A stretch of 64,000 nucleotides of DNA. Source: a bacterium (lineage in GTDB: Bacteria; Electryoneota; Electryoneia; Electryoneales; Electryoneaceae). A model generated the notes under the pieces. It made no database searches and had not been told where the DNA came from. It saw nothing but the letters and a program-made list of their open reading frames with translations. Below, one piece after another: positions 41,058-50,094 of the stretch. How positions within the stretch are numbered: the stretch's first letter is position 1; the number at the start of each line of letters is the position of its first letter. The translations under genes and the position numbers were made by a program. The stretch covers positions 1,600,001 through 1,664,000 of the forward strand of contig CAXXKJ010000002.1 of NCBI GenBank assembly GCA_963675295.2. The letters are read 5' to 3'.

Positions 41058-41089
41058 CAACAGCCACGCTGGGCTTGCCGCGTGGCTGT
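41058..41089. terminator. Hairpin terminator after the 41119-43401 gene
   Basis: ACAGCCACGC-loop-GCGTGGCTGT, followed by TGTTTGTT on the minus strand. Confidence 0.65.
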
Positions 41090-41118
41090 CAAATGTCAGG
41101 TCAATACGTACCTGCTGG

Positions 41119-43401
41119 TCAACGCACCAGCATCACCTTCTGCACCTGATCCAGCTGGCCGGGGACGGTCGCGCGGACGAAATACAGCCCGCTGGCAAGG
41201 TTTGTGGCGTCGAACGTGAAGCGGTGGGTTCCGGCGGCATAGGAACCCTGTGCCAGATCGGCGACACGCTGGCCGGTCACGTTGTAGACGGTTACGCTCA
41301 GGTCGGCTGTTTCCGGCAGGCTGACACGAACCGTCGTCGCCGGATTGAACGGGTTCGGATACGCATTCAGCAGACGGAACTCGGACGGGACCACGTTCGT
41401 CACCTCGCCCGATGCATCCGCGGACACACCAAACTGGCCACCGCTGGTCCATTCACTCGGATCGAACTCGAACTCGCCGTCCGTCGCCAGCCCCAGTTTG
41501 AGGAAGCTGAAGTCATCGGACAACTGCGGACCCTGGTTGTAGCCGACAACTCCGTGGAAATAGTACGTTCCGCCCGGTGCGCTGCCTGGAATGTCCTGTG
41601 TCAGCCCCATCACGCTGTACGTCATGAACGGCGTGACATTGAAGATCACATTCGTCAACGGACCGTACGTGTTGCCATCCGGGGCATCCACGTAGGTGCG
41701 GTAGCGAACGTTCGGCGCACTCATCCCCGTGTTGTTGATCAGCTCGGCGTTGTATTCAATCGTGCCACCTTCCGGCTGAATCACCAGCTGCAACGGCGTC
41801 AGACCGAAGAAGAAGTCCTGCTGCGCGCCGCCGCCCTGAACGTAGATCGAGACGTTGTCGATGCCCCAGTAGAGGCCGTCGTCGTCGCCGTAGTCGTCGT
41901 AGAGGAACCCGATCCGCGCGGTTGAACCGCCGGTCATGTACTCCGTGAAGTCCCAGACCGCATGACCCGTATCCGGCATCGTATCGTGATACAGATAGAC
42001 CGGATGCCATTCGCCGTCGTTCAACTGGTACTGGATGTGGCCGTACTGTGCGGCGAGATCCGCGAACAGGTGGTCAAACTCGATAATCACCAGGCCCGCT
42101 TCGTTGACATCAAATTCCGGCGAAACCAGGCGCTCCTCATGCTCTGTACCACCACCACCAATGTCGCTGACCAGCATGTACGGCGTGTCGAAGAGGGCTT
42201 CTTCGCTGCCATCATCCAGGTGCCAGGTGTGATCCTGATCCTGCGTTTCAACACTCCAGTCCGCGGGCAGACCGTTGTCGAAATCGGCCGCAATCACGAC
42301 ATTCGTCGGATTCTTGTACAGCACACCCGCCGAATCTGACATCGACTCGCCTTCGTCGTACTGCGCGGTGACCAGGTAGTCATGCAACCCATAGTCGTTC
42401 AACGATTCACTGAAGGTTACCTCGGACGGCTGGCCAACCAACTGGCCATCGCGGTATACGTTGTAGTGGAGGAATTCGTCCAGCTCACGCGTGCCGCTGT
42501 TCGGATCGAAGAATCCAGCTGCTACCAGCGGGATCTCCGCCTCTGTCCGGTGAACCTGATCCGCGGACAGCTCCGGCGCACGCATCAGATCGTTTTCATG
42601 GATCAACGACTGCGGCAGGATCATTTGCTGTGGAATAGATGCTGACTCTGCGCCCGCTCCAGCGTACTCATCAATGCCGACAAATTCCCATTGAATCGTG
42701 CCAAAATGACCAAAGCCGGACCCATCCTCGGCACCACCGGTTCCGAAGTAGCCGGTCGGGGCGTTCGGTTCGTACGCGTGCTGCACTTCGTGGCCATTGA
42801 TGTAGAACACGATGCTGTCGTCCTCATAAGCGACGCTCAGCGTGTTGAAGCGATCAAGGCCGTTATTGATCACCGGCGTGTAGCGCCAGGAGTTCAGGTA
42901 GTACGCGACCCCGTCAATCAGCTTCAGGACGTAATACTGTCCCTCGTAATCACCCGTCTCATAGCCAGGCGTCATCGAAAAAATGTAGCCGTTACTGGTG
43001 TCCTGGGGATAATGCCCTTCGGTGAACAGGAACATCGACATCGCATAATGGGGATTGCCGCTGATCTTCGCGAAATTCAGCTCGAAGATGCCATTGTTGT
43101 ACATCTGGTTGCCGTAATACGCGGAAGTCCAGGATCCCTCGCTGCTGCCCCAGGCATACCAGGATGACGTCAACCGCCCGTCTTCCACAGTCCAGTCACC
43201 CGGGTAGTCGAAAACCCACCCCTGCGCCGAACCATCTTCAAAATCGTCGAAATAATCCGCCGCGAACGGCGCCATCCAGTCCACCGTCGCCGTGCCGTTC
43301 ATGTCCACCGACGCACGCGCATTGACCGGCGGCGGGGTTTGCGCCATGACCGCAGTGGCCAGCAGTACAATCATCAGTGCCAGAATAAAGATCTTTCTCA
43401 T
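41119..43401 (-). CDS. Secreted multidomain protein (lectin/DUF1080-like, FN3-like, adhesin-like beta-sandwich, shared domain, T9SS-like CTD)
   Basis: Signal peptide; FDDFEDG...FYING; YNVYRDG...YLVTAQYDEGES; DFDNGLPADW...WGIDNVSI; QPEGGTIEY...YGP...APGGTY; AYPNPFNP...KVMLVR. Confidence 0.85.
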   Translation of the reverse strand: MRKIFILALMIVLLATAVMAQTPPPVNARASVDMNGTATVDWMAPFAADYFDDFEDGSAQGWVFDYPGDWTVEDGRLTSSWYAWGSSEGSWTSAYYGNQMYNNGIFELNFAKISGNPHYAMSMFLFTEGHYPQDTSNGYIFSMTPGYETGDYEGQYYVLKLIDGVAYYLNSWRYTPVINNGLDRFNTLSVAYEDDSIVFYINGHEVQHAYEPNAPTGYFGTGGAEDGSGFGHFGTIQWEFVGIDEYAGAGAESASIPQQMILPQSLIHENDLMRAPELSADQVHRTEAEIPLVAAGFFDPNSGTRELDEFLHYNVYRDGQLVGQPSEVTFSESLNDYGLHDYLVTAQYDEGESMSDSAGVLYKNPTNVVIAADFDNGLPADWSVETQDQDHTWHLDDGSEEALFDTPYMLVSDIGGGGTEHEERLVSPEFDVNEAGLVIIEFDHLFADLAAQYGHIQYQLNDGEWHPVYLYHDTMPDTGHAVWDFTEYMTGGSTARIGFLYDDYGDDDGLYWGIDNVSIYVQGGGAQQDFFFGLTPLQLVIQPEGGTIEYNAELINNTGMSAPNVRYRTYVDAPDGNTYGPLTNVIFNVTPFMTYSVMGLTQDIPGSAPGGTYYFHGVVGYNQGPQLSDDFSFLKLGLATDGEFEFDPSEWTSGGQFGVSADASGEVTNVVPSEFRLLNAYPNPFNPATTVRVSLPETADLSVTVYNVTGQRVADLAQGSYAAGTHRFTFDATNLASGLYFVRATVPGQLDQVQKVMLVR

Positions 43402-43864
43402 CGTTCTCTCCATGTCTTCGGAACGGTACAACCCATCAAATCACAGGAAACCGTTTCGTCAGTTCTCCGTTGCGAATGCACCCATCCAAGCATTCGCAAC
43501 TGCTATGCCATTCAAACTATTTACCTATATTGGGGTTAATATTTATCTTGTTCTATTATGAACATATCCGAACAATGTGTAACTTTAACTCTCCGAGCGA
43601 ACCGCCGCCAGCACTAACTATCCTCTCAATCTCCAGATCATCGGCAAAGTTAGACACTCCTTACTTTTGTTGGTGTCAGCTGTCATTCTTACGAAAAGCC
43701 CAATTCACCAAATCGTAGCTGTTGATTTCACAGAGGTTACACTCTGAGGATTGTCCGACAATCCCCAACCACGCTGTTCTGTTGTGACGCAACCGGCTTC
43801 GCCCCTGAATGACGAAATCGGCTCATTCTGCCACATGTCATGCCGTCAGTTTTCGCCTCCTCGA

Positions 43865-43904
43865 GTAAAGTACGCTTGACATAATGTAAGGTAAGCATTA
43901 CTTT
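43865..43904 (+). promoter_or_regulatory. Sigma-70 promoter with two imperfect palindromic operators for the membrane protein/XRE pair
   Basis: TTGACA (43876), 17 bp, TACTTT (43899); GTAAAGtacgCTTGAC and GTAAGGtaagCATTAC 21 bp apart. Confidence 0.7.
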
Positions 43905-43955
43905 GCATCTCGATTGATCAATGGCGATCCGTCGTTCCAAGCCTTGGGGGATACG

Positions 43956-44543
43956 ATGAACATCTGGATGGTGCTGGCACTGGTGGGCGTGATTGTCCTC
44001 GCCGTCGCCGGTTTGCTGCTCGCGTGGGGGTCGGTGAAGCGATACCGTGCGGTGATCCGTGCGGAAAAGGCCAGCGGCGAAACGGTTAAAATTCCCGCCT
44101 CACCGATCCAACGGCGGGCGATGCTGAGCCTGGTAGTGGGCATCTCTGCGTTGATCGCGGTGATCCTGCTGCTGATCGAAAATGGAGTGGTTGCCGTGTT
44201 TGCCGTGGACTCTCTCCGACACACATTTACCGTGATCCTGCTCTCGGCGATCCTGATTAACGGCGCCCTGATCCTGCCGTTGCAACACCGGAAAACGAAC
44301 CTGCAGCTACTTGACGAACGTGACCGGCAGATCCTCAGGGGCGCGCCGTCGTTCCAGGCGTCTGCGCTGATCCTGATGAGCGCGCTGTGGGGCATTGCCC
44401 TGACCGAAACGTTCTGGGCGGAACGCGCGATTCCGGTCGATTACGCCTACCTGATGTTCTGGATTAACGCAATGGTGTATTTCATCGCGTGGCCGATGGG
44501 GGTTTTCTTCGGTTACTGGAGGATGAATACCTATGGCGACTGA
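43956..44543 (+). CDS. Membrane protein (DUF2178-like DERD motif)
   Basis: Five hydrophobic segments, LLDERDRQI motif; GGGGG RBS; overlaps the XRE gene. Confidence 0.75.
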   Translation: MNIWMVLALVGVIVLAVAGLLLAWGSVKRYRAVIRAEKASGETVKIPASPIQRRAMLSLVVGISALIAVILLLIENGVVAVFAVDSLRHTFTVILLSAILINGALILPLQHRKTNLQLLDERDRQILRGAPSFQASALILMSALWGIALTETFWAERAIPVDYAYLMFWINAMVYFIAWPMGVFFGYWRMNTYGD

Positions 44544-44748
44544 GCGTGTGACCAACTGCCTGCGACGCATGCGGTTCGACCACGACGAGATGACTCAGCA
44601 ACAGCTCGCGGAACAGGTCGGCTGCTCACGCCAGACCATCATCGCGCTGGAGGCGGGCAAGTATCAGCCGTCGATCCAACTGGCGTTTAAGCTGGCGCGG
44701 GTGTTCGACCGGGCAATCGAGGACATCTTTCAACTCGTCGAGGAATGA
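44533..44748 (+). CDS. Small XRE-family HTH transcriptional regulator
   Basis: MTQQQLAEQVGCSRQTIIALEAGKYQPSIQLAFKLARVF. Confidence 0.92.
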   Translation: MATERVTNCLRRMRFDHDEMTQQQLAEQVGCSRQTIIALEAGKYQPSIQLAFKLARVFDRAIEDIFQLVEE

Positions 44749-44769
44749 CTCGCAGCGCCGTGATGCGAC

Positions 44770-44799
44770 AAAAAACCGGACCCCGTCAAGAGGTCCGGC
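44770..44799 (-). terminator. Intrinsic terminator between convergent genes
   Basis: AAAAAA-CCGGACC-loop-GGTCCGG; U-tract on the minus strand. Confidence 0.75.
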
Positions 44800-44840
44800 C
44801 TTGGTAATCATCAATAGCGGATCGTGCCCGCTGAACATAC

Positions 44841-45668
44841 TTACTTCAGGTATTGCAGCTTCATCGTCTGCACCCAGCCCTGATCGTTGACCGCGCGCAG
44901 GAAGTACGTGCCAGCGCTGGTCTGCGGCTGCCAGCTCAACACATACTGGCCCGGGCTCAGCTGGCCCTGATGCAGCGTCTCAACCAACCGGCCGAGGATA
45001 TCATAGATCCCGATCGTGGTGCTCGCCACCGTCGCAGCGTCCAACTGGATCGTCACCTGGTTGTTGAACGGGTTCGGATAGACCTTCGCAAGTTCCCACT
45101 GGTTCGGCGCGAGGCCAATGTTGCGTTCGGTGACATCATTGACATTTTCGGTCATCACGAAGGTGTTCGTGTAGATGTGGTCACCGCTGGTGCTGAAGTT
45201 GTTGTTGGCAGCGTTGGCAGCCACGTAGAACGTGACATCACCCGTTCCCGGTGCCGGGGCGAACCAGTTGAAGCTCCACTGGTTGCTACCGGTCTGGCCC
45301 GGGTCGGTGCCGCCGGACGTCTGCTTGATGTAGTTGCCGCTCAATTGGGTACGCGACGCCTGCAGCAGTTCCATCGATCCCACCGGGTTGTTCTGGTCGT
45401 CCATCGCGATCAATTCGAAGCCCCAACGGGATGCGTTCGGATCGGTCACCTCAACCGACACCGAATACCCTTCGCCAGGATCGTAGCTGGTCAACGTGAT
45501 GACATCCACCGACCCGTCGCCTTCATTGACCCCAAACGAGGAATGGCACTGGGTGCAGTTGTTCATCGCCGGCGGATCACCAGCGGTACCATCCGGAGGG
45601 CCGGAACTGAACGCAAACACACTCATCGGAAGCAGTGATACCAACAGCAGTAGCAAGACATGTCGCAT
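44841..45668 (-). CDS. Secreted Reeler-like (choice-of-anchor V-like) protein with CxxCH motif and T9SS-like CTD
   Basis: Signal peptide; FSSGPPDGTAGDP...NCTQCH; WSFNWFAP...VTFYVAANAAN...GDHIY; VYPNPFN...KLQYLK. Confidence 0.85.
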   Translation of the reverse strand: MRHVLLLLLVSLLPMSVFAFSSGPPDGTAGDPPAMNNCTQCHSSFGVNEGDGSVDVITLTSYDPGEGYSVSVEVTDPNASRWGFELIAMDDQNNPVGSMELLQASRTQLSGNYIKQTSGGTDPGQTGSNQWSFNWFAPAPGTGDVTFYVAANAANNNFSTSGDHIYTNTFVMTENVNDVTERNIGLAPNQWELAKVYPNPFNNQVTIQLDAATVASTTIGIYDILGRLVETLHQGQLSPGQYVLSWQPQTSAGTYFLRAVNDQGWVQTMKLQYLK

Positions 45669-46022
45669 GGGATTTCCCCCGCTTTCGTTAACCTGAGTGA
45701 ACCGTCTCTTCCCAAATCTCTGTTTCATCGCCGCACATTTGTGCGAACTTGAGACGCCAATATGTTAGGCGTACCTCACTTTCGCAAGAACAATGCCGGT
45801 CACCCGAGAGGGCGGAGGTAGTTCGCGGCACGATTCACAACATATTGCGCAACTCGTTACCAAAGTGGCAGTTAGCCATTGTCGAGAAAAACAGCTAGTC
45901 AGCAGAATCCAATGCCAAGAGAGACCCGGCATCTCACTTTCATTGTCCGATATGAGCCACCCACCAGTGAACATTTGATCCGAGCTCTTGGATCTACACG
46001 CTGATCATCATTACGTTCAGCC

Positions 46023-47393
46023 ATGGCCAAAACAAAAACACGCTACGTCTGCCAGAACTGCGGCGCGGTCCAGCCGCGGTGGATGGGGAAATGTCCGTCC
46101 TGCGAGGAGTGGAACACGCTCGTCGAGGAAATCCTGCCGGGAAAACGGTCCGCCGGAAATACACCCGGCAAGGCACGCACCGAACCCTCGGTGCTCGCCG
46201 ACATCCCGCCGGAACGCGCGGCTCGAACGGCCTCCACCATCCCCGAGCTCGACCGTGTGCTCGGCGGTGGCTTTGTCGCCGGAACCACGGTCCTGATCGG
46301 CGGCGACCCGGGCATCGGCAAGTCCACGCTGCTGCTGCAGGCGGCGTCGACCGTCGCCGCGGAAGGCGCGGGAGTCCTCTACATCACGGCGGAAGAAGCC
46401 CCGGCGCAGCTGCGTTTACGTGCCGACCGGCTCGAGCTGCCATGCCGGGATTTCCAGGTGTTAGGCGAGGCCGATTGCGACCTCGCGCTCAACTGGACCC
46501 GTGAGCTGAAACCGGAACTGATCGTCGTCGATTCGATCCAGACCAGCCGTCGCAGCGAACTCGAATCCGCGCCCGGAACCGTCTCGCAGGTGCGTGAAGT
46601 CGCCAACCTGTGGGCGGAGTACGCGCGCGAATCCGGCGCGACCGTCGCGCTGGTCGGCCATGTCACCAAGGAAGGGTCACTCGCCGGGCCACGGGTGATC
46701 GAGCACCTCGTCGACACGGTGCTGATGTTCGAAAGTGACTCGCTGGGGTCCGTTCGCATCCTGCGTGTGCTGAAAAACCGACACGGCGCAACCGGCGAGC
46801 TCGGCGTCTTCGAGATGAGCGGACGCGGATTGATCAGCGTCTCCGACCCGTCGCAACGCTTCCTCCACCGCCGCGACAAACCGGTCAGCGGAGTGTCTGT
46901 CGCCCCGGTGATCCGTGGAGCGCGCCCGTTGCTGATTGAACTGCAGGCGCTGGTCACCTCCTCCCCGTACGCCGCGCCGCAGCGCAACGCGACCGGCGTC
47001 GACCAGAAACGCCTCGCGATGTGGATCGCCGTGCTCGAAAAACAGGTCGGGCTCGGACTTGCGGGACGCGACATCTTTTTCAACGCCACCGGCGGCGTGC
47101 GCCTCGACGATTCCGGCGCAGACCTCGCCGCCTGCGCTGCGATCCATTCCAGTTTGACTGATCGTCCCCTCGACCCAGCGACGGTCCTGATCGGCGAGGT
47201 CGGACTGACCGGCGAAATCCGTGCCGCACCGGCGATGGAGCGACGGTTGAGCGAAGCTGCCCACCGCTCGTTCAAGCGCGCTGTCGTGCCGAAAGGCTCC
47301 ATCGCCGAAGCGCCGAAAGGGATTGACGTCGCCGAAGTCACGTCATTGGAGCACGCCATCGAAACCGCGTTGGCGGGGGGTGGATTGGGATAG
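46023..47393 (+). CDS. radA: DNA repair protein RadA/Sms
   Basis: CQNCG...CPSCEEWNT zinc finger, GGDPGIGKSTL, VDSIQT, KNRHG (KNRFG variant), Lon-like C-terminus. Confidence 0.97.
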   Translation: MAKTKTRYVCQNCGAVQPRWMGKCPSCEEWNTLVEEILPGKRSAGNTPGKARTEPSVLADIPPERAARTASTIPELDRVLGGGFVAGTTVLIGGDPGIGKSTLLLQAASTVAAEGAGVLYITAEEAPAQLRLRADRLELPCRDFQVLGEADCDLALNWTRELKPELIVVDSIQTSRRSELESAPGTVSQVREVANLWAEYARESGATVALVGHVTKEGSLAGPRVIEHLVDTVLMFESDSLGSVRILRVLKNRHGATGELGVFEMSGRGLISVSDPSQRFLHRRDKPVSGVSVAPVIRGARPLLIELQALVTSSPYAAPQRNATGVDQKRLAMWIAVLEKQVGLGLAGRDIFFNATGGVRLDDSGADLAACAAIHSSLTDRPLDPATVLIGEVGLTGEIRAAPAMERRLSEAAHRSFKRAVVPKGSIAEAPKGIDVAEVTSLEHAIETALAGGGLG

Positions 47394-47587
47394 CTGGAAA
47401 ATCAGTCAAAGTGCTGAAATGTAGAGCAAATCGCATCGAGTTGACGTACATTGCGATTCAGTACTTTTCACCTGTCGGGCAGCTTGGGTCATGTTCAGGG
47501 GGAGAGAACCATGAGAAAGCTCGCCATCCTGTTTTTTGCCATCCTCATCGGCACCACTGCCACTGCGCAGGATAGCCTTAATGTCAG
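47391..47587 (+). repeat. Leader + signal-peptide module, copy 1 (copy 2 at 52002-52195)
   Basis: TAGCTGGAA...AAGTGCTGAAATGT...TTCAGTACTTT...GGGCAGCTTGGGTCA...GGGGAGAGAACCATGAGAAAGCTCGCCAT...AATGTCAG shared by both copies. Confidence 0.9.
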
Positions 47588-50054
47588 TAAGGTGAGTTCG
47601 CTCCTCAACGGCTGGCGTGATGCGCAGTCCGTTGATGCCGTTGGTTCTTATGCCTATGTGACAACTACATATTCAGGACTAAAGATTGTTGACGTCAGTA
47701 ATCCATCTGCGCCGGTTGCCGTGGGTAGCTTTTTTTCAGGAGAATATGGATACGAAGTAGAAGTAACTGGAGAGTATGCTTACTTCGCCAATTCAGATGA
47801 TGGAGTTCACATTCTTGATGTATCTGATCCAGCAAACCCTGTTCAAGTCGGAATTTGCAGTACATCTGATCAAGCTCGAGGGGTAACAGTTACTGGAGAT
47901 TATGCATACATCGCCGATCATTATGCAGGTCTGAGAATATTTGACATCAGTGACCCTGCATCTCCTTTTGAAGTTGGCTTTTGTTCTACACCTGATCATG
48001 CATCTAAAGTTGCTGTCTCAGGTAGTTATGCTATCGTCGCAGACTGGATGGGTGGCTTGAAAATTATTGACGTTAGCGATCCATCCATACCCGTGTGTAT
48101 CAGCACTTTTCAGACACCAAGCGACGCGCTGGATGTTTTTATATCAAATGATTTGGCTTATGTTGCTTCTCAATCGACAGGACTACATATTATTGATATT
48201 AGCGATCCATATAATCCGTATCAAGTCGGTTTTTATGATACTTCAGGTAATGTTAAATCCCTAGATTTTGTTAATGAATTTGTTTACATAACGAATGGCA
48301 ATGGCATCAGTGTTATTAATGTAAGTAATCCGGCCTTACCTTTTGAAGTTGGATTCTGCGAATCTCCAGATTTTGCACAAGGTGTCTCTGTCCAAGGTGA
48401 TTATGCATATGTTGCAGATTGGGAAAAAGGTATGAGAGTAGTCGATGTAGCTAACCCGTACAACCCAATTGAAATTTCTTTTATTGACCCTGGCATGATT
48501 TATGATGTTGTATATAGTGATAATTATGCCTTCCTGGCTAATGGCGATACAGGTCTATGTATTATTGATTTATCGGATGCATTACATCCATTTGTAGTTT
48601 CTACTTTTCACACTTCGGTTGAAACCAAAAAAATCACTGTAGCTAATGAATATGTCTATATTGCAGATTCAGGGCTGCGAGTTATTGACATCAGTAATAT
48701 TGAAATACCAACGGAAGTTGGATTCTTGGAAACTGATCATACTCCTCGCGATCTTGCGTTCGAAAACAACTACATTTACGCGTCAGCTGGTAATTATATA
48801 TTGATTATTGATGTATCTAATCCTAACCAACCAACACTAGTAGCAGATTACTATTTACAATGGTTATCGGCAAACGCAGTATTTGCTACAGGTGATTATA
48901 TTTATATAGTTGAGAATTGGGCAGATTATTATTCCTATATGCTTGTACTTGACGTTTCAAATCCATTAATACCTCAAGAAGTTTGTTCTTATTACTTGTC
49001 TGAAGAAATTCCTAAAGATATATTTGTAAGTGGTAATTATGCGTATATAGCTGTTGAATCTACTGGAATGCGGGTATTTGATATTACTAATCCTGCCTTA
49101 CCTTTTGAAGTTGATTGGATTGATACTGATAATGCAGTAAGTGTTTATATATCTGGTAATTATGCCTTTTTAGCTGCTGGCGGTTCTGGACTGCGCGTAA
49201 TCGATATCAGCGATCCATATAATCTGGATGAAGTTGGTTACTATGATACAGAAGGGTATTCATATGGTGTAACCGTTCATAATGGATATGCTGGTATTGC
49301 AGATTACTACTCCTTTTCCATTTTCGATTGCACGGAAGCTACACCCCCGTCGCTGATCGACGTCATCCTCATACCACCTCAACAGCTGGTCATACCCCGG
49401 GGTGGTAGTTTTCAGTACGACGCACTTCTGATGAGTAACCTGCCTGCGCCGACACGCGTCGACATCTGGACCTTTGTCGTTCAACCCAATGGTAATCCAT
49501 ATGGTCCCATTTTGCGGATCCTTGGCTTCCCGTTCACCCCAAACACGATCATCGAGGCGAATGCGATCACTCAGTATGTCCCAATTGGTGCGCCGCTTGG
49601 AATGTATACCTATCACCTGAATGCTGGACGATTCCCGAGGCGAATAGCGGAAGGCGACCAATTCAGTTTTGAGGTTGTAGAAACCTTGAACGCTGAGGGT
49701 GACCAGCAATCTACATGGTCAGCCTGGGGTTATGAGCAAGCATTTGGTAGGAATACAGGCATCCGTCTGAATGGGTTGGAACTGCCAGATGAGTTCGATC
49801 TGCTTGAGGCCTATCCCAATCCGTTCAACCCATCGACGAATCTCACCGTTGAACTTCCGGCACAGACTGATCTGACCGTCATTGTGTACAACATAAATGG
49901 TCAACAGGTTGCCGAACTGGTCAACGGCAGCTACCCTGCCGGTTCACACACCTTGACTTTCGACGGATCCGACCAGGCAAGCGGCCTATACTTCGTCCGA
50001 GCTACAGCTCCCGGACACTTCGACCAGGTACAGAAGGTGGCATTGGTGAAGTGA
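47511..50054 (+). CDS. Secreted LVIVD-repeat protein with shared beta-rich domain and T9SS-like CTD
   Basis: MRKLAIL signal peptide; about 13-14 repeats of YAYVA...GLxIIDxSxPxxP; IPRGGSFQY...YGP...APLGMY; AYPNPFNP...KVALVK. Confidence 0.92.
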   Translation: MRKLAILFFAILIGTTATAQDSLNVSKVSSLLNGWRDAQSVDAVGSYAYVTTTYSGLKIVDVSNPSAPVAVGSFFSGEYGYEVEVTGEYAYFANSDDGVHILDVSDPANPVQVGICSTSDQARGVTVTGDYAYIADHYAGLRIFDISDPASPFEVGFCSTPDHASKVAVSGSYAIVADWMGGLKIIDVSDPSIPVCISTFQTPSDALDVFISNDLAYVASQSTGLHIIDISDPYNPYQVGFYDTSGNVKSLDFVNEFVYITNGNGISVINVSNPALPFEVGFCESPDFAQGVSVQGDYAYVADWEKGMRVVDVANPYNPIEISFIDPGMIYDVVYSDNYAFLANGDTGLCIIDLSDALHPFVVSTFHTSVETKKITVANEYVYIADSGLRVIDISNIEIPTEVGFLETDHTPRDLAFENNYIYASAGNYILIIDVSNPNQPTLVADYYLQWLSANAVFATGDYIYIVENWADYYSYMLVLDVSNPLIPQEVCSYYLSEEIPKDIFVSGNYAYIAVESTGMRVFDITNPALPFEVDWIDTDNAVSVYISGNYAFLAAGGSGLRVIDISDPYNLDEVGYYDTEGYSYGVTVHNGYAGIADYYSFSIFDCTEATPPSLIDVILIPPQQLVIPRGGSFQYDALLMSNLPAPTRVDIWTFVVQPNGNPYGPILRILGFPFTPNTIIEANAITQYVPIGAPLGMYTYHLNAGRFPRRIAEGDQFSFEVVETLNAEGDQQSTWSAWGYEQAFGRNTGIRLNGLELPDEFDLLEAYPNPFNPSTNLTVELPAQTDLTVIVYNINGQQVAELVNGSYPAGSHTLTFDGSDQASGLYFVRATAPGHFDQVQKVALVK

Positions 50055-50094
50055 ATCTTACTGATGTAAAAAGCGCATCATGAAGGGGGTATTC

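Noticed and set aside
47400-47500. c-di-GMP-I or other known riboswitch in the LVIVD leader
   Set aside because: GCAAA is present, but the GNRA/receptor stems and the rest of the consensus are not recognisable.
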